Shown: in pieces, positions 13,224 to 28,747 of the stretch
Position numbering within the stretch: the stretch's first letter is position 1
How the letters are laid out: each line of letters opens with the position of its first letter
Assembly: GCF_009914755.1 (NCBI RefSeq)
Contig: NC_060932.1
Length of the DNA: 64,000 nucleotides
Direction: 5' to 3' (one strand)
Origin: the human T2T-CHM13v2.0 reference genome, Homo sapiens
Notes under the pieces: generated by a model
What the model saw: only the letters and a program-made list of their open reading frames with translations
Databases searched by the model: none
What the model was told of the DNA's origin: nothing
Translations under genes and position numbers: made by a program

Positions 13224-14345
13224 GTTTTATTCTTTCACTACTTTAAAGAGTTTTCTCCAGTATCTTCCCATTTGTATTAATTTCAAAGAGAAATTTACTA
13301 TTATCCTTATCTTTGTTTATCTTCATGTAACATTTAATTTGCCTCAGGCTGCTTTTCAGATTTTTTGTTTATCATTAGTTCTGAGCAACTTGATTATTAT
13401 GTGTCTTGATGTAGTTTCCTTTATGCTTCTTGTGTTTTAGGGTCATTGAAAATTTGGGGTTCATAGTTTTCTTCAAATTTGGAGGAAACGTTTTCAGCTA
13501 TTTTTCCTTCAAGTATTTTTTCTGTCCTCCTTCCTTCTTCAAGAACCCCAACGACATCTATGTTAGTCTCCTTGAAGTTGTCTCACAGGTCACTGATGTT
13601 CTTTCTTTTTTTAAAAAAAATATTTTTTATCAGTCTGCTTCATTTGGATAGTTACTCATTGCTATGTATTCAAGTTTACTAATCATTTCTTTAGCAATGT
13701 CTAATCTGCCATTAAATCCTTCCAGTGTCATTTTTGTCTCAGACATTGTATTTTACATTTCTGGAAAATATATTTTTATATTTCTTATGTATCTTTCTAC
13801 ATAACTTTGGCCATATAGAATACAGTTGTAATATATAATAACTGGAAGACAGTTTTAATGCAGTTGTCTGTGAATTTGAACATCTGTGTTAGTTGTGGGG
13901 CAGCTTCAATTCATTAATAATTCTCCTTATTATTAGCTATGTTTTACTTTTCTGCATGTCTGATCATCTTTAGTTGGATACCAGACATTATGAATTTTAC
14001 TTTGTTGGGTGTCAGAATTTTTAGAATATCTATACATTTTCTTGAGTTTTGTTCTAGGATGCAGTTATTTAGAAATAGTTTTACTCTTGCAGGTCTTGCT
14101 TTTATGTGGGTCTTGCTTTTATGACTCAGTAGGCAAATCTAGAACAGTGTTCATTCTATGGCAAATTATTCCCCACTATTAAGGAAAGCTCATTCTGAGT
14201 ATTCTGTCCAATTCCTTGTGAATTATGAGTTTTTCCAGTCTCACTGGTCTGAATGGGCACTATTACTGGCCCTATGTGAGCTCTGAGTACTGTTCCTTCT
14301 GATGCTTTCAGGTAGTTCTTTCCCTGGCCCTGAATAATAGTTTTT
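13224..14345 (-). mobile_element. Old L1M body, right part (ORF1/5' region)
   Basis: ttctttcactactttaaagag continues the ttttcactgggtagagaatt motif from before the insert; aagttgtctcacaggtcactgatgttct. Confidence 0.8.
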
Positions 14346-15350
14346 TTCTTCTTCTCATACTTAGAACACTGTAGTTTGCTTTTCCTTCTTTTAGACTTTA
14401 TGTAATTGAAGTTATATTGCATCTTTGTTTTTGCCTTGCTTCTTTCATTCAATATTATGTTCTTGAGATTCAGCCATATTGTTGCACATGGCTGCAGCTC
14501 ATTCATTTTATTACCTCATCTTATTCCACAGTACAAATATACTGTAATTTATTTGATCTATTCTACTGTTGAGGTTGCTTCTATTACCAACTATACTGCT
14601 ATGTATAATATATTTCTGTACATGTCTCTTGGTAAATATTCTCATACATTTCTGTTGTCATATATAACAAAGGCTAGAGTTGCCAAGTTCTAATGTACGC
14701 ATATGTTAAACTTTAATAGATAATTTCAAAAGGTCTCCCAAAGGTATAGTATCAATTGATGTTCCCACTACCACTGTATAATAGTAACAGTCACTCCACA
14801 TCTTCACCAACTTTTTCTAGTGACATCTTTCCAATTTTAGGTATTTTGGTAGGTGTGCAGTGACATTTTATTGTGATTTTAATTTGTATTTTTCTGATGA
14901 GGAATTTAGTTGAAAACTTTTCATATGCTAATAGATCATTTGGATATCTTTTTTATGAAATGCCAGTTTAAATCTTCAGCCTACTATTCTATTGTGTGAC
15001 CTTTTTATTAACAATCTGAAAGAGATTCTTTACATATATTGGATATAAGCCTCTTATTAGTTATATGTGTGTGAAAATTGCTAATTTGTGATTTACTTTT
15101 CACTTTCAGAGAACATAAATTTTTTATTCTAATATACTTCAACTTACCAAGTTTGTCTTTTATGAATAATATTCTAATTCTAGAAAAGAAATATTTCTAT
15201 ACTATAGATTATAATGATACATGTTTTATTTAAGAAGATTTTAGTTTTGACTTTCACGTACAAATCTACAGTCCAACTGAAATTAACTTTTGTATATGGT
15301 GTGAGATTGGGATCAGAATTCATGCTTGATCCATATGGATATCTAATTAG

Positions 15351-15737
<387 letters not shown>

Positions 15738-15824
15738 TCTTAGTTTCATCTTTGCAGTATCTCTCAATGCTGTATATGGTACCTTTGCACAATCCAATAA
15801 TTTAATAACTGTACTCTTGAGTAA

Positions 15825-16505
<681 letters not shown>

Positions 16506-17344
16506 ATGGTAAAGCAAGTTATCCCACTTTGTTCATCTTCATCACAAATAAGTCAGCTGGGCTTGGCCTTTGATATTCTCTATTAATTTTAGAATTAGTC
16601 AGATTCCAGAAAAATACATTTTTGGTTGAGAATGCATTCAATCTATGAATCAATTTGGGAGAAATGTTCATCTTTACAATATTATTTCCTTCAATTTATG
16701 TGTGTAATACATAGTATACTCCTCTGCTAATTTAGGTGTTCCTTAATGTTTTGAGTTTTCTATGTGGCAATCTTTTAGTACATTTATTCCTATTCCTATG
16801 TATTTAAAATATTGATAATACTTTACATAACATTGTTTTTTAAATTTTACTTCTTTTTTCTAGCTGTATTTAGAAGTGCAATTTATTTTTTAGTCTGGAT
16901 AATATGTAGAAGTTGCTAATTATAACAAGTGTGTCAGTTCCAGGGAGATTTATATTGAGCATTTATTTTCTGCATTATGGGTTATGTTTTCTCCTTTCTT
17001 TGTATGTCTGGTAATCTTTGGTTGATGGTCAAACATTGTAAATTTTATGTAGTTATATACTGAATGTTAAGTATTTCAATTTTCTTTGTACCTATGTCCA
17101 AACTACCACTGAGTCTCTTCAGTTCTTTCTTTATATTTTCTACTAAATCCTGCTTTTCCATCCTGTTTCCAAATAATCATCTCACTTCCTTAGCACTACT
17201 TGTTTAGGTTTCTACAATTTCTATTTGTTTTCTGCCCATATCTTTGTCTTCCAAACCACCTTATAGATAGTTGCTGGAACACATGCATGTGTATTATATA
17301 TCATGTGCTTATACATAGTATTGCTGTGAGGAATTAATTATAAT

Positions 17345-17560
17345 CATAATTGGCAACCATGTTTTTGGCACATATTATATGCTAGGTGCAAAAAATGCAG
17401 TATTTCTAATCTCCACAAAATCTCTTTGAATTGGATAATTCTATCTTTATAGGGAAAAAGACTGAGTCTCAAAATTGTCTCATTTGTGTAAGGCCTCATG
17501 CCCCATATGAGGAAAGGACAAGATTCTAAAGCATATATTCTAAGGTCCCACAACTCACTT
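17345..17560 (-). mobile_element. MIR, diverged
   Basis: taatctccacaaaatctctttg...tctatctttatagggaaaaagactgagtctca resembles the antisense MIR core. Confidence 0.55.
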
Positions 17561-20500
17561 TTACTGGATGTATTTTATGTTATGAGGGTTGCCAGTTTTT
17601 AAAGTTTTTGAGGTCTTTGAGATCTTTTATATACTCCACACACAAATTGCCTCAGCAAAAAATAAATATTGATCAACTGGTTGAATTTTGTGTCACAATT
17701 CCTCAAGATACGAATAGGCAGGTAACAGAGGTGTGCTCAATGTGAATAGGCAGCAAGGCTTTTCTGCTCCAAAATTATACTCACTGGACAATGGTCCCTT
17801 GATGAGAGAAAATAGCTCTAGAAAAATGAGCTAGTAACAATGAGATCATTTTCTCCTTGAAAATATCCTCAGTTCAATAATACATGGACATTACATTTTC
17901 CTGATATCCTCTGCAGAATCAGAAATCAGAAAATAGTAGTCCATCTCTAAGGTTGTTTCAAAACTAATTCAGTGAGCTTTCAGTCTTCACTTTAGTTAAG
18001 TCTGCAGTCACAAAATAGAAGCATTCATCAAATTAATAGACAATTCAAACAAAAAGAATCTTCCTCTAACCCTATACACCCTATTGCCCCCTCCGAAGAA
18101 AATGAATTTTGATTAAAGGAAAAGATTTGTGATCTAGCTAATCCTGTCTCTTCCATATGCTTCACATATATTCACTATGTAACTGTTCCAACCCTTCCTT
18201 ACTGTAGTTATGGAGACCTAGCTATGTTCATTAGGGAGTTTAGGTTTTTCTTCTCTGGTTATGACTGGATTAAAGAGTTTAGATAATACACAAATAAAAT
18301 GGAAAGAAATCTAGAAAAGGAATAGCTGTCCTAAAGAAACCTATGTACTTCCTTAATTTTTGTAATGGGCATGGTGATTTACAGATAATTACTCTAGAGC
18401 CAAAGTGACTGTGGGGATTATACCTTACGGAAATGTAGCCACCTAAAATACATAACAATGATTTTTAAATATAGGCAGATGATTTAGTCAAGATGGTTTA
18501 CTGAAGGTAAATCTTGTTAAACAATCTCTTTTCTGAACATTCATCCTATAAATAAAGTGGAATTGAATTTGATATTTTAAGCTTTAGCTACTGCGACTAG
18601 TTGCATTTAATTGTGTGCAATATATTCAAATAAGCAAATTCCAAATGGAACTGAATGATCTCTTATAACTGGTTTTTATTGACTCATTTCCCTGTATGTT
18701 CCTTAAATGTTTTATCATTTTATTTCCCTATTGCTTTTTATACCTATTTTTAAACAGTAGTTGTCTTGCCCCACAATCTTTTAAATTAGATCATCATGTT
18801 ACTGTTCTTATCAGTATTATAAGTAAACACTATTATTCCGGTTAATATAAATTGATCAGCATTTCATTTCTGGTATAAAATTCTATTACCGTTCACTGAA
18901 GTTCCTGAAAAGGAAGACTAAATCTATGTGATATCTTCTTTTACATGTAGCTAGAAAATGCCTTCAAATTCTCTTGACACTTTAGTGTTGTGCTCAGAAT
19001 CTGTGTGTGATTAAGAAAAAATACTAAATGGATGAAATTTGTCATATTAACTGACAGGGATTTAGAAAGCATCCATAAAATGGTATATAATGAAATTCTC
19101 AAATAAAGGACAGCTTTGTGAAAAAACAAGACTAATATTAATATTTTAATTATTATAAACATTGTATATAAACCAGCAACTTACCTATTTTCTGCCATTT
19201 TAAGCTAAAATCTGAAGATTTATTTTTAAAAACTATGAGAGCATTTTTCTCGCATGTATGTAATCTACAAGTCAATTATTTAAAAGACCCTGTTATCTAG
19301 ACTGATTCTGACCCCCCCATAACAGTGATCCCTTACTTCTATTATTAAGTTGATTTTATTTTCTCAGATATACAAATCATTGGCTTGTCTTCGCTGTGTG
19401 GCTTTGTTCTTGTAGGGAACATCGAATTAAGAGACACTCTGGATAAACCCAGGTGTGATAGAGACTGATTTCAGTATCGGAATGACTTATTGGATCTGTT
19501 TCCATGTTTGTTTTCTGGATTCAGTGGCTAATTTGGTTTCTAATCATGCTTTTGACCCCATTTTCAGACTGTTTGTGGTAACGGGAGAAGAAAGGCCCTG
19601 CAGTAGGTAATTAAGTCTGCAAAAGCAGGGCTGCTTACTTTTCATTGCAGCAGATAATCAGAGTGCTTTTGCTCAAGTGTAAAATGCAGAAATTAATGAT
19701 CCTATATAATACAGATTAAGGCTTTCATTTTAAAAACTATCAGTGCAGAAGAACAAAGGTAGGAAAAACAGCATGATATTTGGAATTCCAGGATATAGTA
19801 AAGCTTGCAAAATTTGAAAGAGGTTTCTGAGCATGGGACTAATCAAAATTCGCCTTGTGTTCTAAGGTGATTGATTGGTTCAGAACTCACATATATTACT
19901 GCCCCACTGCATCTTGAAAAGGCACAATTAGACACATTTGTCCATATCTTTTTACTTACAAACATTTCCTATTGTTCATTCAGATCAATCAGATAAGTTA
20001 AAGCATGTAGCACACTGAGTGTCACATAGTAGGTACTCAATAAATATTACAGTGTTTGATTTCAAATAATTTTCCATAAAGGGGTTATAAGGAAGTATCT
20101 GGTAGCCAAAAGTTCATACGTATTTTAAAAACTATAAAATCTTAAAAAAATTTCATATACAGTATTATTTTACCTGGATGCTTTTTCTATTAGAGCTCAA
20201 TAGATTGAAAAACAACCCTTGCTGTATAAGGACATCAGTTTACAGCGTACCCTTCATAGAACAAAAGTAGGCTTTCAACAAAATGCCAGTGCTTGAGGAT
20301 ATAAAACTTACTGCCAAAAAAATGCATACATCTCACGCCATGGCTCAATGATTCAGTCTTCAGTGTGCATGAACATGCTAATATATTTCAACAACGTGAT
20401 CAGTTTAATCAACAGTCACATCAATAGGTTTTCAGTATGCTTTTGTAAGCCATTTAGGGCATTTTGATTATATATTCCCCATGTTTGTTTACTGTTGGTC

Positions 20501-22109
20501 ATTTTTTTCAAGATTATCTTTATACAATTATTCCTCATTTATCACCAGTAATAAACTAGCTAATCTGTTAAACACTTCATTGAGCTTATGAATAGCATTA
20601 TATTCTTCACATTACACATGGAAAAGCTTAGACAAAAGTAAAAATGTCAATAAAGTTTTGGTCAGTCCACATCAATGAAAAATTATCATTTTATTTTCTA
20701 ATTTATATAAGTTTTCACCAGCTCATGATCAATGGCTCTTGGATTGGAAAATATAATCACAGGGCCCCTGAAATATTACTTTAAAAGGTAAAGTTAGGCC
20801 TAGAACTCCACACTAAGTGATCCAGAATGGAACAGCATTATTCCTGTCAGCAGTTGGGAAAGCATTTGGTGTGTTGATCTGGCACAGTTCTAAGCCCGTA
20901 TTAGAAAAAATTGTGAACACATGAAGAGCAGCATTTGTTGCATATTGGTAATCATTTTAATCTATTTATAAAATATGCTTTGCAGCATTGTTTTCTAAAC
21001 AGAGAAGAGTGGAGCTTTGGCATGTATCCTCTATCAGAGCACTTGTACTTTCACTGAAAAGAACATGATCAGAAGTAGACTCAGAAGTTATAATAATGAA
21101 CTCTGTAGCCAAACCTGTGCTTTGCAGATCAATTTTCCCACTGGCCAGAACTCACCAAAAGTTTAGTGTTCATTCATTGTGACCAATATAGTAGATTTCA
21201 ATAAAATTTTGCCTTCCAAGTTATATTCAGTAACAACAATGCCATCATCATCAACAAGACTAACCAGCACTGCACATACAGTGTCTCATCACACTAACAT
21301 TGTGGTGTCATGCAGCTGTTCACAGCCCCGTTGATCTATTCCTTCCCCTGTAAATTATGTAGGCAGGTTTTTCTTCTTATAGCTTTGTGGAAAGCAAGAT
21401 TAAAATTACTCTTTGGTTATTTTAAAATAAAATGATGCTGTTAAAAGTAAGATGCTATAACCATTAGACTAGCTAGGTTCTCAAGAGTGTGCCTCTTCTT
21501 GCCATGCTGAGGGGAAGTGGGTAGCCTGGCCTCTGACTCATAGAAAAAAACCAAGAGAGGGAACTCAAAAGTGGATTCCCTGAGGATGGAGTGACTAGGA
21601 GCTAGGATTTCTGACTCAGGCAACTTCAATTGTTTCTTAGGCTCAGTTTTACTGTTTTGGCATTCCTGAAAGATCTTTAACCAAAAAGGCTCCAAGTCAA
21701 TTATTCATTAGCAAATCCAAGCATGTGTAACATTTCTTGTTAGCCCTTGCAAGAGGGCTTGGAAGAGTATTCCAAGTGCTAGCAAGCAATGAGGAGCTAC
21801 CAAGGACTAGCAGCAGAATGGGCCTGAACTTGGCCACTGCTACCTGCAATGTAGATTGGCAATAACAATGGGCATAGGAGAGAACAGGAAATTACAACCT
21901 CAGGAATAAAGGATTTAGAGAGAAAAAGCATTCCTATTTATCCACTTTCCACTAATCGTGTTATTCATATAATTTGATTTGAGATCCAGGCTCATTTATC
22001 TGTATAGTTACAAAAAATAAATAATAAAAGTGAAAAGGTGAACTACCATGTTGGAAGTTGGTTGTTTTCCTTTTAATAACCACAGGCCAGGTTTTGTGTT
22101 TTTATACCT

Positions 22110-22220
22110 AAGGTTCCCTACAGGCAGACTTTACTACCCCTATTTTGCAAATGAGAACAGAGTTACAGAGGTTAAGTGACTGAGAAATCAATTAAGCTAA
22201 TAAGTGGCAAAGCTGGGATG
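22110..22220 (-). mobile_element. MIR core fragment
   Basis: ccctattttgcaaatgagaacagagttacagaggttaagtgact. Confidence 0.7.
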
Positions 22221-23039
22221 ATTATATTCAATTGGAAAAATGAACAAGTATAAGTAAAAATAAACTTAAAAAAAGGCAACATGGTCGAAAGTCAATGTCA
22301 GGTCTTGTTGGCATTTTTAACTACTTTCCATTCTCCTATTTTTAAGAGCTACAAAAAGCAGCCTATGCTATTCTCTTTGCTCTTGTAATTCATCCTGGAT
22401 AAATCTCTAATTCTTAGCCTCATGGCTTCTCTCTCTTTCTTACCTATGTTCCTCCTTTCCTCCATCTAACCATATGGGTTGATGAAAAAGTTGAATAGCC
22501 TATCTTTTTTTCTTTTCTTTTCCTTTCTTTTCTAGTCTCTGCTTTTCCTTTCTTCTTGAATTATGAGGCTTTTTGAATTCTTGAAAATGAGGCTTCTTGA
22601 ATTAATCATTCTTTATTCCATTCCATTCAGCTAAAAGACAACCTAGATTAGACCTAGAATCCAGGCCTTTGTCTTTGTGAGTGGATTTGAATGGAATTGG
22701 TACCATTAAATAATCAAACAAATTATAAAGCTACCATAATTAAAATATTTTCACCCTGAGGTATGAATAGACATTTTAACAGCTCAGAATAATTAATGTC
22801 ACAGGTGTCACTATGTTTTTTAAGAATTGGGTATCTAATGAAATTAACATATTAATATGGAAGAAATAATATTCAATAAAGTGTTTTAAAAGTACTTAGA
22901 ATACTGGGGGATGATATCTAAGATCCTGAATTCATCGGTATACCAAAATATATACCATATGTATTAAATAGTTACATTAAAAAAATCGTGTCACAGAAAT
23001 AATTAAAGGATGCACTAGGATACTCATAAAACTGCTGCA

Positions 23040-23387
<348 letters not shown>

Positions 23388-23429
23388 TCAAAAAATTAGG
23401 AAGTTAAAAAAATTGACAAAGATTGACAT

Positions 23430-24450
23430 GTATTGATGTTTACTGTGTGGCAGGTTTAGTTCTATGAACTTCCATGTCTTAATGAAATGGAGTAGTTCCC
23501 TTGACCCCTTCGAGGGACTTGTAAAGTGGTGGCTTGCTTACTCATCTCACAGCTCTCAACCCCTTGTGGAAGCGGGAGCATGAAGGAGAGCAGGTGAAGA
23601 GATCAGGATGAGCACTTCTGGGCAACTGGCAGAAGCAGAATTTTGTGCGGGCCTGTGGTGGCAGCGTCTAGGGTTGCCCACGACACCCTGGAGCCCCAGA
23701 AGGTGTGTGTTACAGTGAGGTCTTTTAGCTTTGCTATCTCTGGACAGCGTAAAGTGCTAAACAACTCAGTGGAGGGTCAGTATAACAGCCTTTTGTGCCC
23801 ACACCTGGGTCCTTGCCCAGCGTCCAGGAAGAATGAGGTCACACAAGCAAATTGGAGGGTGTTGAACGCGGAGGATTTTATTGCTGATAAAAGTGGCTTC
23901 CAGTGGGAGGGGGGACTGGGAAGGGGATGGAGCGAGAAGGTGGTATTTCCCTGGAGTTCGGCTGTCTGACCAAACTTCTCTCCAACTATCTCTGGTTGAA
24001 CTCCTCTCCGACTGTAGTCTCCAATGTCCAGCTGCTGCTTCTCCTCTCAACGTTCAGATGCTTCTCTTCTCTCCTCTGCTGCTCCGTTGCCAATGGAGTC
24101 TGGGGTTTTTATGGGTACAGGATGGGGGGTGTGGCCGGCCAAGGTGGTTTTGGAAAAGGCAACATTGGGGCAAGAAATTAGGAATGCATGCTCTTACTTT
24201 GGGCCTTGGGTCTAGGCTTCAGGGTGGGGCTTCACCAGGGACCGTGCCCTTTTCTGCCTCTGCCTCCTGTCCATAACATTACCTCATTTAATATCCACAT
24301 CCCTCATGATGAAAATAATATTATTATTTCTATTTTACAAACAAGATAAAAATATTAAGAAAGGTTAAGTGATTAGTCCAAGGTTACCTAATTGATTTGA
24401 GTTCATATTCATCCCTGCTGATTCCAAACTGTACTCAACCACTACATTGT
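23430..24450 (-). mobile_element. MIR split by the ERV1 LTR (23430-23482 plus 24279-24450)
   Basis: Left tttactgtgtggcagg..ttccatgtcttaa joins right ctcatttaat..tctattttacaaac..aaggttaagtgattagtccaagg in MIR order. Confidence 0.75.
23483..24278 (-). mobile_element. ERV1 solo LTR (LTR1/LTR27/LTR28/MER52 group)
   Basis: TG...CA termini; minus strand starts tgttatggacaggaggcagag..gtccctggtgaagccccaccct; minus-strand AATAAA near 23877; 4-bp TSD-like ttaa/ttac; GC-rich. Confidence 0.85.
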
Positions 24451-26384
24451 ACAGAAAAATTCATATATAAATATGAACAACTTCCACTACAGCAAAGGTT
24501 ATGAAACAGACTTAAAAAAAAAACACATACAGCAAGAGGGATGGGAAAAAGTTGATATTTTTATTTTGTAAAAGGTTATTTAAATTGATAAAAAATACAC
24601 AAAAGCTTTAGCTCAAAGGACATGACTAGTCAATGCACCAAAAAATAAAGATAACTGGAAACATGAAGAAAATTCCACAAAAAGTAAAATAATTTGATCT
24701 ATTAAATTAATATAATTAAATCTATTCATTATTTCTTGGTAGGCATTGTGAAACAGATACTTCATAAATTACCTTAGGAAAGCTACTTGGTTATATACAA
24801 AACTCCTTACTGTGTTTACAACAGATTTCAACAGATACGTGTTAAAAATGGACACTTACCTCAGTCTCTTCCTTCTTCTTACTAGAATATGGGCAACAAA
24901 CAAAACCAAAAAAAGGGCAAATAGAGACCAAAACTACTGAAAGTCAACTGCTGGACAAAATCAGAGATTTTTATTAACCATGAGTTATATATCTATGTAA
25001 TTTTTGAATAGAAGTTGATACTCATTTAAAATATTCTATCCACCCACCCCAAATAAACCTGCCAGCTTAAAGGAAGATAATAAAATCTCCTGTCTATCTT
25101 TTTCTGACGTGCCCTTACTCCCCACATCTCCACACCCACTTTTGTAGTAATGAAACCTGAGCAACCATCCCTCTACTGCTTTTTGAGGAGATCATTGTAT
25201 TGGTGGTTCTCTTTCCCTTTTAGCAATTTTCTTGCCACATCAATTTGGAGACTGTAATTCCTACAGAATAATAGGGCAGAGAGCGTTGGGCAGAAGAAGG
25301 TTGCATGTTGAGAGGCCTCATCCCAGATCAGTTAGTCACTGGCTGTGGAGTGGCAACAGGAGGAGTCCAGGTGCTAGGGCATTCTAGGAATGGTGGTTTT
25401 TCATAAATTCCATTGTATCAGAGTAAGAGATCCAGGCAATAAGAATAGGAGAATATTATACCTTGGCGCTATAGAAGCCACAGGTCACATGCTTACTGAT
25501 GCTGGAAATTGGTCTAGGAGCAGAATATATCAACCTACCCTCCAGCTAGCATTATGAAAAGGAGATTTAGTAAGCACTCAAATGAACAGACAATGGGCAC
25601 AGGATAAGCACGACATTGGGATGGATAGCTTCCCACTTAAAAAAGAATGAGCATCAAACAACAAACAAAAATAATAGAAACTCTTAAAACAAAATCTTCA
25701 AAACAAGGGAAAGGGCAGGTTATTTTAAAAGCCTCTGGACTAACAGACCTCTAGTAGGAGACAGCAATCCAGGTGACGGAAAGGACCAAAGGCAAACAGT
25801 GGAGCATATCTCTCTTCCCATCTTCTGAAATTCAGACTGGCTGTAGCAGAATTTGCATTTAAGAACTACATTTTAAAATAAACGGAAAAGCCTGCCTAGG
25901 AAGAGCTAAACTGAATGTGAGTTTTGATATTTTAAAATAAAGCCCACATTTGCATGGTCAAGAGACATTCTGCTTGTGCTGGACACAAACACACGAAACC
26001 TGCAAGTGGACATGCCCCAGGAGAGTACACAAGACCTCAAACTCAGCTTCGCCATTCTGTGTGGCTCTGCGAGTCATTCAGGGTTAAAAGAGCCTGTTAT
26101 TTTTCAAGAGGAGTCAGAAATACATGTTTTAATGGGAAATTGTCTGTTTAAATGTTTGCAATTAAATACAATTTTAAAATCTGTTCAGCCCCCCAAATCT
26201 TTAGATTGGATCCAGCATTCTGGTCTAATTTTATCACTGCTGGAGTATTAAAAAAGATGAAATCTGGAAAATATAGTAGAAATGTAAGATAAACTATGAA
26301 TCTGGAGTGGCGATATGTAATAAGAGAAATTTCAGAAAGAATCTATAGGTTACAATTATATAAAAGGCTATGCATTTGCTATGC

Positions 26385-26650
26385 AGTCTATATACTATGC
26401 TGGGCTTAAATGTAAGTCACTGTTCTAAGTATTGTATATATTTTCCCTTATTTAATCATCATAAAAACCCTATGACTTAAGTGCTATGACATACCCATTT
26501 TACAAATTTTACCCATTTCTTATTTTACAAATAAGAAAAACTATTCTAAAGAAATGTTAAGTCACCTGCCTAAATTCTTATATCATAAAAGTAATGGATA
26601 TGGGATTTGAACTTAATCTGTATCTACAATGTGTACTTCTACCTTCTCCA
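26385..26650 (-). mobile_element. MIR
   Basis: cactgttctaagtattg..tttaatcatcataaaaaccctatg..ccccattttacaaat..gttaagtcacctgcc..gggatttgaact. Confidence 0.8.
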
Positions 26651-26654
26651 CTAA

Positions 26655-27120
26655 GAAATAATAGGGAAAAATAATAGGGAAAAATACTACATGGACAATA
26701 TTTCACAGAGCCAAAGAAAGACTTGAACTTTAATATCAAATGATCTATCAGTTATTAAATAAGATGACTTTAAAAAGAGATGAATCTAGACATGCCCTTG
26801 TGAAATGTCAGAACACCAAAGACAGAAGATTTTGAGTTTTTGGAAAGCAAAAGTAAAGTAGTAATCATTGGGTTAGTATCACACTCTCGTTAAAATATAC
26901 AAGAAAATAGAAACCAGTGCATGCTGGAAGACCATGAAGCAATGTCTTCAAAGTTGAAAAATAAAATGATTGTGAATATAAAATTTTAGTTTATATCATC
27001 TACCAACCATCCAAAGTCTTTCATCTACTCATTCTGAAAAAGCAAAGAAAAAACAAAAAACTTCTTGATGATGTACTCCAGCAAAACAAGTTAGAGTGCA
27101 AAGAAAAAATACAAATAAAT
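26655..27120 (+). mobile_element. HAL1 / ancient L1 ORF1-like remnant
   Basis: ctagacatgcccttgtgaaatgtcagaacaccaaagac; atgctggaagaccatgaagcaatgtcttcaaagtt; A-rich sense composition. Confidence 0.6.
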
Positions 27121-27135
27121 CCAAAAAAGAGAAAG

Positions 27136-27250
27136 ACTCAGGAGGCTGAGGCAGGAGGATTACTTGAGCCTAGGAGTTTGAGGCCAGCCTGGGCAGCATA
27201 GTGAAACCTCATGTATAAAAAAATAAAAATAAAATACATAAATAAAAATT
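27136..27250 (+). mobile_element. 5'-truncated Alu monomer (FLAM-like)
   Basis: actcaggaggctgaggcaggaggattacttgagcctaggagtttgaggccagcctgggcagcatagtgaaacc plus A-rich tail. Confidence 0.85.
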
Positions 27251-28747
27251 ATTAAAAAGCCAAAAATGAGGTCTTCATGAAAAAAGGGAACTATTTTAGT
27301 ATGAAAACAATTTCCAGATTATCAGTCTATAAAACAGAATCGAAAATCAATTGATCTGAATTAGAGTAGGAAGTCAAAGTCTTCATACAAATAGTATTTT
27401 CAAACAAAAAATTAATTTCATTTATAATATTGCATGAAGAAAAAACTGGAAGATCTCCATAAGATGTTGAAGAAGGTACAAATATACTTTGTTGACTAAA
27501 AAGAAAAAAAGGAATTTAGAAATGCAAGGGGGAAAAAAGTTGTTCAATAAAATCATAATCAAAATAAGAAGTGTGTGAACATGTGGAGGAATAATGAGCA
27601 ATTGGTGGCCAGTAAGAAAATGCTTACACTTGAATTTAATGCTTGAAACACATTATTTTCCAAGCAACAAAGATAAAACATGGAATTAAATTTCTTCTGT
27701 ATAGGTCCAGCAGCTGCTTTGTTCTATGAAGAGTAATATTTATATAATAACTTTGGCTTCAGAAATAGAAAGATTTAAATATATTATTTAGCATCATAAA
27801 TAAAATGATTTAGAAAAAAACTAGATAACTAATGAATTGTGAGGATGGTTTCAGTGTATTGAAAGAGTAGATATGCTTTAAAATGGAAAAAGTAAGACAC
27901 AGAGTTGAAATAATATTATTTAGAATGTTGCTGGTGGTCACCAGAGGAACTAAATACACTAAAATGACAGAGTGAGGATGGGCACTATAGCAGGAACTTT
28001 GGAGGTGTAGGAATTGGAGCTTTACTTTCCACTTATACCCTGTGGATTTTCATTGTTTTATGGTATACATGCTTTATTTTTATGTAAAAAAATAATTTCT
28101 TATTAAAAGATAAATTGGCCACTCAGAGACTTTTAAATGGGACATATAGTTTACACATTTCCAGAGAGATAAAGTAAACAAGGTATTTTCAGGATTGACT
28201 TCCCCTGTTATGTATTAATATCCTCAAAACCATGAAATGGTGTCAGAAAATATAGTAAGTAGTTAAATCAATAGGATTAAAGATCATTATACAATATGGA
28301 CCCAATTTTGTCACAAATATTTAGAAAACATATGTAACATTAGTTGTGCCTCTTTTTGACCACGTGTCACTATTGTACCAGGGTGACGTAACTCAAATAC
28401 AAAGAAAATTGTGCTAGCTTTGATTCTTCCCATGATTTTTTAAGACCTCTTTTTTATGCTCCTGATGATATATAGCCTATCTCTCTCATGCCAGGAGCTT
28501 CTGTGAGAAGGAGCTGTTTGCAATGTCTTGCACATCCCATGTGCCCAGTTTCCTTGTCTCTGCTTTCCTTTTGCCTGAAATTTCAACTTCTCTTGCTTCC
28601 CCCAGCATTTCAACCTCAACAACTTGTAGCCATCCTTCAAAATAATTTTTTCTTAATGAAGCATTTTAGGACCCTTTCCCTAAAAGGGGATTGACCATTT
28701 CCTTTTTTGGCTTCCAAACTACTCCCTACATAAATCTACCACGCACC

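Noticed and set aside
23643-24276. Cluster of overlapping 63-131 aa ORFs
   Set aside because: All lie inside a GC-rich solo LTR, where stop codons are sparse
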